DNA of 64,000 bases from Setoptus koraiensis (Eukaryota; Animalia; Arthropoda), in NCBI GenBank assembly GCA_048013815.1, contig CM106585.1:10416001-10480000 (forward strand), in the 5' to 3' direction. The notes beneath the pieces are model-generated. The model saw nothing but the letters and a program-made list of their open reading frames with translations. It made no database searches and was not told where the DNA came from. The position numbers were made by a program, and so were the translations under genes. Of the stretch, positions 62,201 to 64,000 are shown piece after piece (the stretch's first letter is position 1; each line of letters opens with the position of its first letter).

Positions 62201-63747
62201 TTGTCGTGCTTGTCGTCGGCTAGACAATATTAAATAACAATTGTTGTTTTATTATATGTTGGGCTGGCCAGATTTTTATATTGTCAAATGTTGGTGTTGA
62301 GAAGGATGTGAGCAAATAAAAGAGCTGCCAGAGTTTTAGTGGTAACAAACAATGGCGCATCATTGATAATAACTTGATAATGTCTGAATATAACTTGAGT
62401 CATATATTTAAACATCACGGCACTGAACGGCTTACAAATGGTGGCGCATTGTGCACAATAATGCGCGCATTGTGCACATTGCGACAAATGACACATTTCG
62501 TGCAAATGAGTTTACAGCTGAGAGAACGGGCGAAATTTTGCACTAATCGCAAATTGGGGCACAGAAATTGGCTCGCTGCCCGCCAGTTGCTCGTTTTCGG
62601 CTCGTCCTTGCTTGTCGGCTTGTTAGAGCTTGCCGAGAAGTCGCCTAGAGGCGTTAGAAGGGCGATTAATTTTTGAGTCGCTTGGCGTCTTCCAGACACG
62701 GCTCAGACAGAGCAGCTGTTGTTGTTGCTGGCGCTGTTGTTGCTGCTGTTGTTGTCGCTGTTGTTGTTGTACAACAAACAAACGACGGCACGACTAGCTT
62801 GCCAACACTGTGGCAATGACATTGAGCGAGCGAAAAACAAACAACTGCTTGGCAAGCTAGCAACAGTGTAGACCATTGGCGCTAGCTTGCCAGTGAGTTG
62901 CCAGTGAGTTGCCAGTGAATTGCCAGTGAATGGGAATCGTAGATGAGAATTGAAGATGAATTAGGGCAAAACGCTTGCTGTGGCTCGGCGACGGCGGCCA
63001 CAGCGCCAAACGTTGTTGCAGCAGATACACTGTTGTCGACTGCGCCGACGACGCTATCAAATTAGCAGAGCGCTGATATAACGCTCACATATAATATATA
63101 TATATATATATATATCTATTTATATAATGCTGCTATACTGGTATTACATAATATGTTGGTATTACATAATATATTGGTATTATATCGTGTATTGGATCGT
63201 GTGCGCGATGCTGCGGATATCGGGCTGCTGCAACTGGGACTAGCCAAGGCGATTTTGATGACAGAGGCTGTTTTTTCAATCACGTCGATGAAACAGTGCG
63301 CCAAATGAGTATATCCGATCGATCGGCCATCGCTCGCAATTGGCGAGCTTTTGCTTTTTATTTCTTTTTGTTCATCCCTTTGGTGCTTTTTGTGCGCTCG
63401 CCAGTCGCCACTCTGCGAGATGGTGTCTGCTGTCACATTTTTTGCCCCACACCAACAACTTGCAAGCCAGTCGGGCTCTTCAAATTGCAGTCTCGTTTAA
63501 GCTCGTTAATTGTCTCGTTAATTATCTCTAGTACTGTTATAATCGCCATTGTTACAATCGTCATTGTCGTCGGCAACAACAGCCGCAACAACAGCACAAC
63601 AACAGCAACAACAGCACAACAACAGCGACAACAACAACAACAGCGACAACAACAGCGACAACAACAACAACAGCGACAACAACAACAACAGCGACAACAG
63701 CGACAAGCTCGAAAGCTCATTGGTAATTAATTCGCCCCCTCACACAC

Positions 63748-64000
63748 ATGATAAGCTACCCCGGTTTGTCGTCGCTCATACCCCTGGTGACTGCCATACT
63801 GTGGATCAGGAGTCCCGAGCAAAGGTTCGAGGTGAAGACGACAGGATGGAAGAGCGAGTACGACTACATAGTGATAGGCGGCGGCTCGGCGGGGGCCACG
63901 GCCGCGGGCCGCCTGTCCGAGATGTTAGATCAGGACATTTTGCTAATGGAGGCAGGCGGCACAGAGAACATACTGTCCGACATTCCCCTGGCGGCGGGCA
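63748..64000 (+). CDS. GMC oxidoreductase / glucose dehydrogenase [FAD]-like, 5' portion (3'-partial); absent from the ORF track
   Basis: Translates as [84 protein letters not shown]. This has the GMC N-terminal signature [12 protein letters not shown]...RLSE...LLxEAGG after a hydrophobic leader. The frame is open to the window end. Confidence 0.92.
   Translation, partial: MISYPGLSSLIPLVTAILWIRSPEQRFEVKTTGWKSEYDYIVIGGGSAGATAAGRLSEMLDQDILLMEAGGTENILSDIPLAAG

Overview
Eukaryotic (animal) DNA, not prokaryotic. It is probably a compact, intron-poor arthropod genome; an acariform mite is my low-confidence guess. Three protein-coding segments are supported. (1) The 3' end of a zfh2/ZFHX zinc-finger-homeodomain gene on + (<1..776). 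(2) A complete sorbitol dehydrogenase gene on - (61903..60522, one 140-nt GT-AG intron, 413 aa, with a 58-aa C-terminal tail). (3) The 5' start of a GMC/glucose-dehydrogenase-like FAD oxidoreductase on + (63748..>64000). Between the converging 3' ends of zfh2 and SDH lie about 57 kb with no credible ORF. Best signals: four perfect miR-276 8mer sites plus an adjacent bantam site in the zfh2 3' UTR; and a desert enriched for developmental TF motifs (ZEB/Snail-type CTCACCTG, POU octamer, PAR-bZIP RTTACGTAAY, AP-1, homeodomain, Sox). Many of these motifs sit in micro-tandem arrays, some ending in an inverted (fold-back) copy. Several 12-28 bp hairpins and one multi-branched fold are also present. 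All motif counts were made by eye and need computational confirmation. I recognised no tRNA, rRNA, CRISPR array, intact transposon or known miRNA gene.
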